Positions 1 to 9,694 of a stretch of 58,234 nucleotides of DNA are shown here, piece after piece (the stretch's first letter is position 1; every line of letters begins with the position of its first letter). The stretch lies in assembly GCA_023132435.1 (NCBI GenBank), contig JAGLYF010000190.1, positions 1-58,234 on the forward strand, written 5' to 3'. This DNA is from Calditrichia bacterium (GTDB lineage Bacteria; Calditrichota; Calditrichia; JAJRVZ01). The notes below the pieces were generated by a model that saw nothing but the letters and a program-made list of their open reading frames with translations, was not told the origin of the DNA and made no database searches. Made by a program: the position numbers and the translations under genes.

Positions 1-69
1 CTCTGCGTTTAAAACAAAACTATTGTACCTTTTTTGAATACTTTGTAGTTAGAATCGATTAATCGTTTC

Positions 70-98
70 TTGCATAATTTCACCTGATTATGTATATT
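70..98 (+). promoter_or_regulatory. putative sigma-70-type promoter (TTGCAT-17 nt-TATATT) upstream of gltX
   Basis: TTGCAT at 70-75, a 17-nt spacer, TATATT at 93-98, about 60 nt upstream of the ATG at 160. The same TTGnnn-17-TATATT pattern recurs upstream of two other operons in the window. Confidence 0.4.
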
Positions 99-159
99 CT
101 GTCGAAAAATGCTACATATCTCACCCTCTACGGCGAAAAATTATACAACAAATTAAGAA

Positions 160-1596
160 ATGGATAAAAAAGTAAACAGTGTCTATCGATTTGCACCCAG
201 TCCTACCGGCTTGCTTCATGTAGGTGGAGCAAGAACCGCAATATTTAATTGGCTTCTGGCTAAAAAAGAAGGTGCCAGATTTTTGCTCCGGATTGAAGAC
301 ACTGATGAAAAACGTTCAAGCAAGGAATCACTTGATCAGATTATAAACAGCCTGGACTGGTTAGATATTAAATGGGATGGATCACCTTTATTTCAGAGTA
401 AGCAAAAAGAGAGACATAAGCAGATTGCTAATGAATTACTGGAAAAAGGAAAAGCCTATCGGTGTTTTTGTACACCGGATATGTTGCGGGAGGAGAGAAA
501 AAGAGCAGAGGCAAACAAAAAGGCTTTCCTGTATAACGGTCGATGTCGACAACTTATTGCATCTGAAATTGAGTCCAATCTTAAAAACAACAAACCGTTT
601 ACTCTGCGGTTGAGGATTGATGATGGTGAGACGACTTTTAATGATCTTATCCGGGGAGGCGTAACTGTCAAACATGCTGAATTGGATGATTTTGTTATAT
701 TACGTTCTGATCGATCTCCCGTTTATCATCTTGCGGTTGTTGTTGATGACCACGACATGGGAATTACACACGTGGTTAGAGGTGATGATCATCTGTCCAA
801 TACTCCAAAACAAATTCTTATCTACGAAGCATTGGGATGGCAAATTCCAATATATGCACATGTTCCTCTGATTTGTGGATTTGATGGAGCGCGGTTATCA
901 AAGCGCCATGGGGCAACAGCGGTGGAAGAATTCAAGGAAAAGGGATTTTTGCCGGATGCTCTGTTTAATTATCTGTGTTTACTGGGCTGGGCACCCGGAG
1001 ATGACCGGGAACTCATGTCCCGTGATGAAATCGTTTCTAGTTTTTCACTGGATCGGATAAGTAAAAAGGATGCAATATTTGATGAAAAAAAACTAAAGTG
1101 GATGAATGGAAAATATCTGTCTCAACAAAGTAATAATCACCTAACAAATTTACTTGGTCCCATATTAGCAAATAAGGAACAGGTTAAAATTGAAAAAGAT
1201 AGACAGAATTTTCTATTCCTTATAGATTTAGTGAAAACCCGGGCCCAAACCGTGAATGAGATCTATGAAAACATTGAATTCTATTTTAGTGATCCCGGGT
1301 CTTATGAAGAAAAAGGCGTTGATAAATATTTCAGAAATGATGACGCGATTGATTTACTTGACCGTCTAATGTCTCAATTAATAAAAGAAGAAAACTTTGA
1401 TGCTGAGAATATGGAGAAGATTGTCCGGGGACTGGCTGATACCCTGGGAATAAAAGCAGGAACACTGATTCATCCATTACGGCTAGCTCTTACCGGTCGG
1501 ACGACAAGTCCCGGGATTTTCGATGTAATGCAGATTCTTGGCAGGGAAACAGTGATCAGGCGAATTGAAAAAGCCCTGACAAGGAGTTATATGTGA
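160..1596 (+). CDS. gltX: glutamyl-tRNA synthetase
   Basis: 478-aa ORF with a class I aaRS HIGH-type motif (HVGGARTAIFNW) and a KMSKS-type motif (RLSKRHG). Length and layout are GluRS-like. Confidence 0.95.
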   Translation: MDKKVNSVYRFAPSPTGLLHVGGARTAIFNWLLAKKEGARFLLRIEDTDEKRSSKESLDQIINSLDWLDIKWDGSPLFQSKQKERHKQIANELLEKGKAYRCFCTPDMLREERKRAEANKKAFLYNGRCRQLIASEIESNLKNNKPFTLRLRIDDGETTFNDLIRGGVTVKHAELDDFVILRSDRSPVYHLAVVVDDHDMGITHVVRGDDHLSNTPKQILIYEALGWQIPIYAHVPLICGFDGARLSKRHGATAVEEFKEKGFLPDALFNYLCLLGWAPGDDRELMSRDEIVSSFSLDRISKKDAIFDEKKLKWMNGKYLSQQSNNHLTNLLGPILANKEQVKIEKDRQNFLFLIDLVKTRAQTVNEIYENIEFYFSDPGSYEEKGVDKYFRNDDAIDLLDRLMSQLIKEENFDAENMEKIVRGLADTLGIKAGTLIHPLRLALTGRTTSPGIFDVMQILGRETVIRRIEKALTRSYM

Positions 1597-2954
1597 AAAC
1601 AAAAATATTAATCGTTGATGATGAAGTTGATGTTCTGGATTTGATGCGGGAGCTATTTGAAAGTCGTGGTTATCTTCCCCTGACAGCTACGAATGGTGTT
1701 GAGGCTTTAAAAGTGGTTCGGGAAGAAGAACCAGATATGGTTATCACTGACATTCGTATGCCCGATATGGATGGAATGCAGTTGCTGGAAATTCTAAGTA
1801 ATAGTTATTCTAATATTCCGGTAATCATGGTTACTGCTCATGGAACAATCGAAACTGCTGTAGAAGCTATAAAAATGGGTGCAAAAGATTATATCCTAAA
1901 ACCACTTAGATTGGATGAAATTCTGGCAAAAGTGGAAACAATTGCCCAATTAAAAAATCTGGAAAGAGAAAATGAGTATTTGAAAAGCCGACTTGCCTAC
2001 CGGTTTAATTTTAAAAATATTATAGGTAAAAGCGAGAGTATGAATGAATTATTTAAACTGATTCATGATGTTGCACCGACGGCCATAACCGTATTAATTC
2101 AGGGTGAAAACGGAACTGGTAAGGAACTGATTGCAAATGCGATACATTTTAATAGTCCGAATGTGAATAAACCATTTATAAAACTAAATTGTGCAGTCCT
2201 GGCGGAAACACTGCTTGAGTCAGAACTTTTTGGACATGTAAAGGGTGCCTTTACCGGAGCAATAAAAGATAAAGTCGGACGATTTGAATTAGCCGACAGG
2301 GGAACCTTATTTCTTGACGAGATTGGGGAAATTTCACCCAATATGCAGGTAAAATTATTACGCGTATTGCAGGAAGGGGAATTTGAGAGAGTAGGAGAAG
2401 CAGAGACGATTAAAGTTGATGTGAGAATTATCGCAGCAAGCAACCAGGATTTAGAAGAGAAAATCAGGGAGGGAACTTTTCGCCAGGATCTGTATTACCG
2501 ACTCAATGTTATACCGATTCATGTTCCTCCATTGAGAGAGCGTAAGGATGACATAGAATTATTAGTCTATCACTTTTTTGAAAAATTTGATGAAGTTTAT
2601 AAAAAAAATATAAAGAAAATTGATCCGGAAGTGCTCAGGGCACTTGAAGAATATGATTGGCCGGGAAATATCAGGGAATTGGAAAATTATATGGAAAGGG
2701 CAATCGTTCTTAATAAAACAGATAAATTATCTCTGAGTGATTTTCCTGAAACGATAGGCCATAAACAGAAGACAGTTGTTGAGTTTAATGAGAATGATGG
2801 TCTTGTCGGTGCCATTGAGGCATATGAAAGGCAGTTAATATTAGCTGAATTAAAAAGTAACAAGGGAAATAAAGCAAAAACAGCCCAGAAATTTAAAATA
2901 AACCGTAGCACTTTTATGTCAAGACTAAAGAAATATGATATCAGTTCTTCGTAA
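1593..2954 (+). CDS. sigma-54-dependent response regulator (NtrC-family enhancer-binding protein)
   Basis: N-terminal receiver domain (ILIVDDE...DIRMPDMDG). AAA+ domain with Walker A GENGTGKE, ESELFGH and the GAFTGA sigma-54 contact loop. C-terminal Fis-type HTH. The GTG start overlaps the gltX stop (GTGA). Confidence 0.9.
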   Translation: MKTKILIVDDEVDVLDLMRELFESRGYLPLTATNGVEALKVVREEEPDMVITDIRMPDMDGMQLLEILSNSYSNIPVIMVTAHGTIETAVEAIKMGAKDYILKPLRLDEILAKVETIAQLKNLERENEYLKSRLAYRFNFKNIIGKSESMNELFKLIHDVAPTAITVLIQGENGTGKELIANAIHFNSPNVNKPFIKLNCAVLAETLLESELFGHVKGAFTGAIKDKVGRFELADRGTLFLDEIGEISPNMQVKLLRVLQEGEFERVGEAETIKVDVRIIAASNQDLEEKIREGTFRQDLYYRLNVIPIHVPPLRERKDDIELLVYHFFEKFDEVYKKNIKKIDPEVLRALEEYDWPGNIRELENYMERAIVLNKTDKLSLSDFPETIGHKQKTVVEFNENDGLVGAIEAYERQLILAELKSNKGNKAKTAQKFKINRSTFMSRLKKYDISSS

Positions 2955-2995
2955 GTATATTTCTGAAAAAAAATAAGAACCTGATCTTCCATAAA

Positions 2996-3140
2996 CCACG
3001 GATTAACACGGAAAATTACACGGATTTAATTTATTTAAGGATGATTTGGCTTTAATAATTTTATACTTTTCATAAAGTCATATTATTTTTTCTAAATGCT
3101 TTATTTTCAATACTCTGTGTACATCCGTGCCCTTCCGTGG
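2996..3140. repeat. CCAC-word fold-back element, CACGGA variant
   Basis: Left arm is ccacggattaacacggaaaattacacgg (2996-3027). Right arm is ctctgtgtacatccgtgcccttccgtgg (3113-3140). The arm words are complementary. Confidence 0.8.
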
Positions 3141-3293
3141 TGAATAATTTCATCTAAAATAATTATTAAAAATATCAATTTTATCTTCAAGATATGAAAT
3201 TAAGTGGACGATAATACTTAACAAAGTGGAAACATTACCCAAAAAAGATTATATGCTTTCGGGACAGATTTAAAAGAAGGAAGGAAGGCGTAG

Positions 3294-3542
3294 TTGGCTG
3301 TACAAGTAGATAAGATTGATGGCGAGTATCCGGGAAGAAAGGGCGAGGAGATTATTCGTGAATATGATCGAATGATTGAGGAGTTGAGAACACGTCTGAA
3401 CGTCTTAAGCACATCACTGTTTTTACTGCACGAGTCTTCCAATACGGACGATCCAAAAGCAAAACGCTATCTGAATAGTGTAAATCAGGAAATGGAAAGA
3501 ATTCGCAATATCATTTCCCAATATCCAAAGAATTCCAAATAA
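3294..3542 (+). CDS. hypothetical small protein (82 aa), helical, between the bEBP and the histidine kinase
   Basis: TTG start preceded by an AGGAAGGAAGG SD-like tract. No recognisable family. Coding status is uncertain. Confidence 0.3.
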   Translation: MAVQVDKIDGEYPGRKGEEIIREYDRMIEELRTRLNVLSTSLFLLHESSNTDDPKAKRYLNSVNQEMERIRNIISQYPKNSK

Positions 3543-3567
3543 TTAAATTTTAGAAAGCTGGTTTTAT

Positions 3568-4749
3568 ATGTCTTCTGAAGTTCCAAAAATATTAGTTATT
3601 GAAGATGAAGATCAGGTCAGACAATCGTATGACGATATGTTTTCTTTTTTTGGATATGAAGTTGAGTCCGTCCCTAATGGCCGTGAAGGTATGTCACGGA
3701 TTACTAAGAAGGATTATGATATTGTCGTAACTGACCTCAATATGCCGGAAATGAATGGCATCGAGGTTTTAAAATATATAAAGAAGAAAAAACCCTATAT
3801 TGAAGTTATCGTTATTACCGGTTATGCCACTCTTGAAAATGCAATTGAGGCGATGAAGGTCGGCGCCTATGATTATTTTGCAAAACCGATAGATATCGAA
3901 CATGTCCGTATCGTCCTCACAAAATGTGTGCAAAAAATACAATCCCGAAAAGAAAATGAAGAACTCCGTTCATTAACTCAAAGATTAAAAGAACTCAATG
4001 AACTGAAAGATAAATTTATTACGATAACTAATCACGAATTACGCACACCTGTGACAGTCTTAAAAGGATATATTGAACTAATTGATTATTTTCTCGAAGA
4101 CAACCGGAATGAAAATATTAATGAAGCGATCGAAATTGTTACTGAAACCATGCGTGAATTGGTGGGAATCGTTGAGCAGATGCATGATATCTCTTCATTT
4201 GATTATGGTAAAAAACGTCTGGTAACGGTTGATGTGGAGATTGAGAAGATACTCGAATTGATATATAAAGAAATGAAAGTATTATTCGAAAAACGTAAGA
4301 TTAAGTTTGATCTTAACCTCGATAGCTCTGGTATGATTGTATCTGGTGATGATAAACAGCTAAAAAGAAGCTTGCGTGAACTCCTGCAAAATGCTCTCAA
4401 ATTTACTCCGGAAGGTGGCCATGTTGAGTTAGAGTATTCTATAAACAAAAAAAATAAAAAATTATACATTAAGGTAAAGGATGATGGAATAGGTATTCCA
4501 GGTGATAAATTAGATCTTGTATTCGAGCCTTTTTATGAGGTCCAAAATGTGATAAATCATATGACATCGAAAACTGAGTTTATGGGAGGGGGTATTGGTT
4601 TAGGTTTGACTCTTGCCAAAGAGGTTTTTGAATCTCATGAAGGGGAATTATTGTTGGAAAGTGAGGAGAACCGTGGTAGCACCTTTACAGTTGTTTTACC
4701 CTATAAAGATCCTCAAAATCAGGATAATGAACCATCCGCTACTGCCTAA
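3568..4749 (+). CDS. REC-first hybrid histidine kinase (receiver + HisKA + HATPase_c, no TM or sensor domain)
   Basis: Receiver domain (ILVIEDE...TDLNMPEMNG). H-box ITNHELRTPVT, N-box LLQNALKFTPEGG, G1 VKDDGIGIP, G2 GGGIGLGL. Confidence 0.9.
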   Translation: MSSEVPKILVIEDEDQVRQSYDDMFSFFGYEVESVPNGREGMSRITKKDYDIVVTDLNMPEMNGIEVLKYIKKKKPYIEVIVITGYATLENAIEAMKVGAYDYFAKPIDIEHVRIVLTKCVQKIQSRKENEELRSLTQRLKELNELKDKFITITNHELRTPVTVLKGYIELIDYFLEDNRNENINEAIEIVTETMRELVGIVEQMHDISSFDYGKKRLVTVDVEIEKILELIYKEMKVLFEKRKIKFDLNLDSSGMIVSGDDKQLKRSLRELLQNALKFTPEGGHVELEYSINKKNKKLYIKVKDDGIGIPGDKLDLVFEPFYEVQNVINHMTSKTEFMGGGIGLGLTLAKEVFESHEGELLLESEENRGSTFTVVLPYKDPQNQDNEPSATA

Positions 4750-5645
4750 TAGGTAGTGATTTTTTTTATTGAACTATATCGCTTGTTTAATTCTTCTTTT
4801 TTTAACCCGGCCAGTCGTCTGAAAGAAAAATCTTCCACACAAAATGATGCAACAACAGTTCCATATATGATTGCTTTCCTGAGTTCTGAATCTTCAAACC
4901 CCTCATTTTCAGCTAAATATCCTACAAATCCTCCGGCAAAGGAGTCACCTGCTCCGGTTGGATCAACCACTTTTTGAACCGGAAAAGCGGGAGCGACGAA
5001 ATAAGAATCCTTACTCATCAGAATGGCTCCATGTTCCCCCTTTTTTACCACGACAACGTCAGGTCCCATTTCCAAAATTTTTTGACCACCACGGGTCAGG
5101 TTTGTCTCTCCCGTTAATTGTTGGGTTTCTTCATCATTTAATATAATAATATTTGATTGTTTAATTACCTCATCCAGGGCAGATCTTTTTCCGGATATCC
5201 AAAAATTCATTGTGTCTGTAACAACTAATTTTGGATCCGTGATTTGATTTAAAACCTGCAACTGCAGATCCGGATCAATATTTGCCAGAAAGACGATATC
5301 GCTGTTCCTGAAATGTTTAGGAATCTCGGGCTTAAAGTTTTCAAATACATTCAGATGGGTAAACAATGTATCTCGTTTATTTGGATCATCGTAATAGCGT
5401 CCCCCCCAGCGGAATGTTTTACCTTTTTCTGTATATAAACCATCAAAATTTATCGGCCGGTTTTTACCAAAATCGATCACCTTCAAATCAAAATCCTCCC
5501 CGACAACACCTACCACATTAACCGGGGCGAAAAAACTTGCAGCATTACTAAAATAAAGAGCAGAACCACCTGGTGAGTCAAGAAAAGACTGATGTGGGGT
5601 CTCTACTGTGTCAAAGGCGATGGAACCAACAACTAATATATTCAT
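4746..5645 (-). CDS. PfkB-family carbohydrate/nucleoside kinase
   Basis: C-terminal PfkB signature DPTGAGDSFAGGF. I prefer the ATG at 5645 (MNILVVGSIAFD, preceded by AAAGGA) to the ORF-track start at 5696, which overlaps argS. Confidence 0.8.
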   Translation of the reverse strand: MNILVVGSIAFDTVETPHQSFLDSPGGSALYFSNAASFFAPVNVVGVVGEDFDLKVIDFGKNRPINFDGLYTEKGKTFRWGGRYYDDPNKRDTLFTHLNVFENFKPEIPKHFRNSDIVFLANIDPDLQLQVLNQITDPKLVVTDTMNFWISGKRSALDEVIKQSNIIILNDEETQQLTGETNLTRGGQKILEMGPDVVVVKKGEHGAILMSKDSYFVAPAFPVQKVVDPTGAGDSFAGGFVGYLAENEGFEDSELRKAIIYGTVVASFCVEDFSFRRLAGLKKEELNKRYSSIKKITTY

Positions 5646-5656
5646 AAATGTTCCTT

Positions 5657-7291
5657 TTACATTTTTTCCGGCGCTGTGATACCCAGAATCTGACAACCAT
5701 TATAGATTACAACTCTTGTTGCCTCGCATAATGCCAAACGTGCTTGAGTTAATTGTGTATCATCACTAATCACCCGGCAGATAGTATAAAATTTATGGAA
5801 TAGTGTAGCTGTATCTATCAGGTAATGTACAAGCCGGTGGGGTTCAAAACTATGGGCACTGTATTCAACGGTAGCAGGGAAATCTATTAAATGTTTAATG
5901 AGATCGAGTTCCTCTTCGGAATCCAATAAGGTAAGCTCGGGATTCTTCTCAAAGGTAATGTTTTTTTCCTGACCAAATCTGACGATACTGCATATTCGGG
6001 CATGGGCATACTGTACATAAAAAACCGGATTTTCATCTGACTGAGTTTTTGCCAGAGTGAGGTCAAAATTAAGATGAGAGTTCATATGACGCATAAGAAA
6101 AAAGAATCTGGTTACATCCTCTCCAACTTCATCGATCAGCTCATCAAGAGTAACAAAATTTGCTTTGCGTGTGGACATCTTAACCTTTTCAGTTCCTTCC
6201 ATCAGAGTTACAAATTGGTGAATCAGTACTTTGATTTTAGATTCATCATATCCCAGGGCTTTAACTGCCAACAGAACATCAGGGTAAGTATCGATATGAT
6301 CGGCGCCAAAAATATCTATTATCAATTCAAAACCGCGTTTTATTTTTTCGACATGGTAAGCAATATCGGGGAGGCGATATGTTGGTTCACCGCTACTCTT
6401 TATTATAACCCGATCCTGTTCTTTACCCAGCTTACTGGTCAGAAACCAAACTGCTCCATCCCGTTCATCAACCAACCCTTTTTCTCCGAGTGCCGAGACT
6501 ACTTCATCTATCTTTCCCTCGTCATAAAGAGACTTTTCATTATAAAATACGTCCATCCGGAAATTCAGCCGGGCAATTGTATTTTTAATATCTTTAAAGA
6601 CTTCCTCTTCTGCTTTTGTTGTAAATATTTCCGGATTTGTTTCTTTTTTTAATTTTTCACCATTCTCATCCCGGATCTGCCGGGCTATATCGATGATATA
6701 ATCCCCCTGATAATAGTCATCAGGAAATTCAATTTTTTCCCCCAACTGCTGCAAATAGCGCAGTCTGACTGAATCACCCAGAATTCGCATTTGCCTTCCA
6801 GCATCATTAAAGTAATATTCACGGGTTACATTATAACCGATAGTTTCAAAAAGGCGGGCAATTGAATCACCTAAAACAGCCTGACGGCCATGGCCTATGG
6901 TCAGAGGTCCGGTTGGATTCGCACTTATAAATTCTACCTGGGTCTTTATACCTTTACCCTGATCAGACTGACCATATTTTTCTTTCTTCTTGATGATATC
7001 ATAAAGTTGGATATAAAAAGAATTCGGGGAAATAAAGAAATTTAAAAAACCCGGTCCGGCAATATCGATTTTTTCAATATATTGAGGATCTATTGGTATG
7101 AAGGACTGAATTTCGGTTGCTATTTGTCGGGGATTGGCTTTTAGAATTGTTGCCATTTGCATGGCGATATTGGTTGATAGATCGCCAAACTGTTTCTGTT
7201 TTGGTTTTTCAAAGTTTAAGGAGAGGTCTTTAACACCCTTGGATTTCAAAAATCGTTCAATTTCATTACGAATATATTGCTCAGCCTGCAT
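5657..7291 (-). CDS. argS: arginyl-tRNA synthetase
   Basis: 544 aa with the class I motif SANPTGPLTIGHGR, an ArgRS-like anticodon-binding C-terminal domain and a terminal Met typical of ArgRS. Confidence 0.95.
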   Translation of the reverse strand: MQAEQYIRNEIERFLKSKGVKDLSLNFEKPKQKQFGDLSTNIAMQMATILKANPRQIATEIQSFIPIDPQYIEKIDIAGPGFLNFFISPNSFYIQLYDIIKKKEKYGQSDQGKGIKTQVEFISANPTGPLTIGHGRQAVLGDSIARLFETIGYNVTREYYFNDAGRQMRILGDSVRLRYLQQLGEKIEFPDDYYQGDYIIDIARQIRDENGEKLKKETNPEIFTTKAEEEVFKDIKNTIARLNFRMDVFYNEKSLYDEGKIDEVVSALGEKGLVDERDGAVWFLTSKLGKEQDRVIIKSSGEPTYRLPDIAYHVEKIKRGFELIIDIFGADHIDTYPDVLLAVKALGYDESKIKVLIHQFVTLMEGTEKVKMSTRKANFVTLDELIDEVGEDVTRFFFLMRHMNSHLNFDLTLAKTQSDENPVFYVQYAHARICSIVRFGQEKNITFEKNPELTLLDSEEELDLIKHLIDFPATVEYSAHSFEPHRLVHYLIDTATLFHKFYTICRVISDDTQLTQARLALCEATRVVIYNGCQILGITAPEKM

Positions 7292-7649
7292 TTTCTATGT
7301 CCATCACAAAATCAATCTTCGCATCACCCCAGAGTCGTTCCAGCCCATAGAATTCTCTTGTTTCCGGTTTGAAAACATGTACGACAACATCGACATAGTC
7401 CAATAATACCCACCGTAAAGAGTTATACCCCTCTTTGTGATAAACTCTTATTTTTTGTCCTTTTAGTTCTCTGACAATATGATCTGCTATCGCTTTTATT
7501 TGTGTGTCAGAATCTCCACTCATCAGGACGAAAAAATCTGCAATACCGGTCATACCATTGAGATCCATGACAATAATTTGTTTTGCTTTTTTGTCCAGCG
7601 CCAGATCGGCTATTTTATATGCTAAAGTTTTTGATTCAAGAGATGTCAA
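7281..7649 (-). CDS. rsfS: ribosome silencing factor RsfS
   Basis: 122 aa with the characteristic WVLLDYVDVVVHVF...RE(F)Y.LE.LWGDA block. Confidence 0.85.
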   Translation of the reverse strand: MTSLESKTLAYKIADLALDKKAKQIIVMDLNGMTGIADFFVLMSGDSDTQIKAIADHIVRELKGQKIRVYHKEGYNSLRWVLLDYVDVVVHVFKPETREFYGLERLWGDAKIDFVMDIENAG

Positions 7650-7669
7650 AAGTCGATCTACCCAGGTGT

Positions 7670-8257
7670 TTATTGTTTAATGTATTTTTTATAGTCTTTA
7701 CCTACCACCAGGCTAATATCATAAATTGCGGCAGGATTTTCCCGGCTCTCAATATTTGTCAAAGGAATTCCCAATGTCTTCGCTATGGATTTTGCCTGTT
7801 CAGCCACACCAATCTGGTCAATAATAAATGTCTGGTCAACTCTCCAGAATACTTTCCCATTCACTACATAATTTTCTGTATTAACAACATCAAATCCATT
7901 TTCGCGTAAAAGAGACTGGAATATCCTTGCCACACCATTGACACCACAGCCATTCAATATCTCAACCTGTATTGTATGTACCATTGGAGGTGGTTGTCGT
8001 TCTTCTTCCTCAGGTTCAGCGGGTGATGTTGTGATTTCTTCTGTGCCCGATTCGGGAGGTTGAGTATCATCTTTTTGCAATTTTAAGTTATAAAAATAGT
8101 AGCTCAAAGATCCTAGAACAACCACAAGGGTAAAGAAAAATAATATCTTTCTACCACTTCGCTTTGGTTTGGGCGGAGAATAATAGGAACTTACTGGTGG
8201 ACTTGAAGTAGTTTTTTTATGAATAATCTGTGTAGATTGTCTTCTTTTTCTACGCAA
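7670..8257 (-). CDS. LytR_C-domain membrane protein
   Basis: Basic N-terminal tail, one TM segment, a Pro/Glu-rich linker and a C-terminal LytR_C-like domain (IQVEILNGCGVNGVARIF...). Confidence 0.6.
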   Translation of the reverse strand: MRRKRRQSTQIIHKKTTSSPPVSSYYSPPKPKRSGRKILFFFTLVVVLGSLSYYFYNLKLQKDDTQPPESGTEEITTSPAEPEEEERQPPPMVHTIQVEILNGCGVNGVARIFQSLLRENGFDVVNTENYVVNGKVFWRVDQTFIIDQIGVAEQAKSIAKTLGIPLTNIESRENPAAIYDISLVVGKDYKKYIKQ

Positions 8258-8300
8258 TCGTGCTCGATCTTATTGAATTTATATATCTGATTTTTTATAT

Positions 8301-8330
8301 AAAAAAATAACCGGATCAGGTAATCCGGTT
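8301..8330 (-). terminator. intrinsic terminator for the 8361-8849 gene
   Basis: On the minus strand, the stem aaccggat/atccggtt (8309-8316 / 8323-8330) is followed by a U-tract (the A-run at 8301-8307 on the plus strand). Confidence 0.6.
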
Positions 8331-8360
8331 AATTATAGAAATAAGTTTTTATTAACCCGA

Positions 8361-8849
8361 TTACCAATCCCTTTGAGTAATTCCAAACGGGCTTCGGTAA
8401 TTACCATAATATCCCTGGGAATAAAAAGCAGGTGCTCTTTCAAATCTGATGAATATTGCTGAATTTTCAGATGGCAACCACTTTAATTCTGCGCCCCCAA
8501 AAATTTGTACATCATTGAGATAACTATTTCCTGGCATAGAATTATAGGGTGAATTCATGATCCCCAGTTTGGTCGTTAGAAACAGATCATCACTAAAACG
8601 ATAATTAAGGGTATTGACATATGTGTTGATCATTGCCCCTCCGCCGCCAAATGCTGTATACGACATAGAAATATTATGACTCATATTGAAGCGGGAGGGA
8701 TCGAGAAATCCAAGCATAACATCTTTTGCCTGAGAAAATTCTAATGATTCCGAAATGTTTGTTTTATTAACATCCTTTTTCAACTGACCAAAACCTAAGG
8801 TAGGAATGATGATCAGTATTAGTATCAAATACCCAAATTGTTTCATCAT
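8361..8849 (-). CDS. hypothetical secreted / outer-membrane protein
   Basis: Signal peptide, Gly/aromatic-rich sequence and a C-terminal aromatic residue (W). No family recognised. Confidence 0.4.
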   Translation of the reverse strand: MMKQFGYLILILIIIPTLGFGQLKKDVNKTNISESLEFSQAKDVMLGFLDPSRFNMSHNISMSYTAFGGGGAMINTYVNTLNYRFSDDLFLTTKLGIMNSPYNSMPGNSYLNDVQIFGGAELKWLPSENSAIFIRFERAPAFYSQGYYGNYRSPFGITQRDW

Positions 8850-8902
8850 ATATCCTTTTTTTCAGAAATACTATGAAAAAATATTAAGTCAATCCCTCAA
8901 TG

Positions 8903-9664
8903 TCAACTTTTTTTTATTAAACGACGTGTATTTAGAATAGTTTCAGCCTTCCGTAATTGTTCAACAGTATTTATACCCCGGGTTTCATCAAAATTTTCAG
9001 CCAGTTGGGCGACAACTTTTTCACCACGATCCACATAAATCTTCACCACATCCGGTAAATAATATTCCCCCTGAACATTGTCGTTTCGAACCTGATTTAG
9101 ATTTTCAAATAAAGGTTTTGTCTTAAAAAGATATATTCCAACATTGATTTCCTTAATCTCCAGTTCAGGAGATGTGGCATCTTTGTGTTCCACTATTTTT
9201 TGAACATTCCCCTCGTTATCGCGAATAATCCGTCCATAACCAGCCGGATTCTCCAGGTTTGCCGTAAGGAGTGTGGCAATCGCTCCTGATTTTTGATGAG
9301 TGGTAATCAGTCTTTTTAAAGTGGATTTGGTCAACAAGGGTACATCTCCGGATAAGACAAGCAGGTCATGTTCGTAAGAACCAAGTAAACTTTTGGTCTG
9401 CAAAACGGCATGAGCTGTGCCCAGTTGTTCGGCCTGAATTGCATATTGAACCGGATACTGATTACAGAGTTCTTTTACTTTCTCTCTCTGATAACCAATG
9501 ATCAGGACGGTTTTTTCTGAGCCGAGAGATAAAGCAACATCAATAACATAATGAACCATTGGCCGGCCGTTGATTGGGTGTAAAACTTTTGCCAGATCTG
9601 ATTTCATTCTGGTACCCTGACCAGCTGCCAAAATTACCGTGGAAAAATTCTGCAATGAAAACAC
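8903..9664 (-). CDS. GlmU-N-like sugar-1-phosphate nucleotidyltransferase (uridyltransferase half only)
   Basis: LAAGQGTRMKS motif and GlmU-like N-terminal domain. The ORF ends at 253 aa with no hexapeptide-repeat acetyltransferase domain. Confidence 0.75.
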   Translation of the reverse strand: MFSLQNFSTVILAAGQGTRMKSDLAKVLHPINGRPMVHYVIDVALSLGSEKTVLIIGYQREKVKELCNQYPVQYAIQAEQLGTAHAVLQTKSLLGSYEHDLLVLSGDVPLLTKSTLKRLITTHQKSGAIATLLTANLENPAGYGRIIRDNEGNVQKIVEHKDATSPELEIKEINVGIYLFKTKPLFENLNQVRNDNVQGEYYLPDVVKIYVDRGEKVVAQLAENFDETRGINTVEQLRKAETILNTRRLIKKS

Positions 9665-9694
9665 TCCTCACAATTATTAGCCACAAAGAAATAT

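Noticed and set aside
6074-6652. Long antisense or shadow ORFs lie inside well-supported genes (for example 6074-6652 in argS, 25938-26411 in DPP-IV, 2099-2443 in the bEBP, 14665-15072 in lipA and 57413-57880 in glcD-like).
   Set aside because: The opposite-strand genes have unambiguous conserved motifs. The shadow ORFs have odd composition and no motifs.
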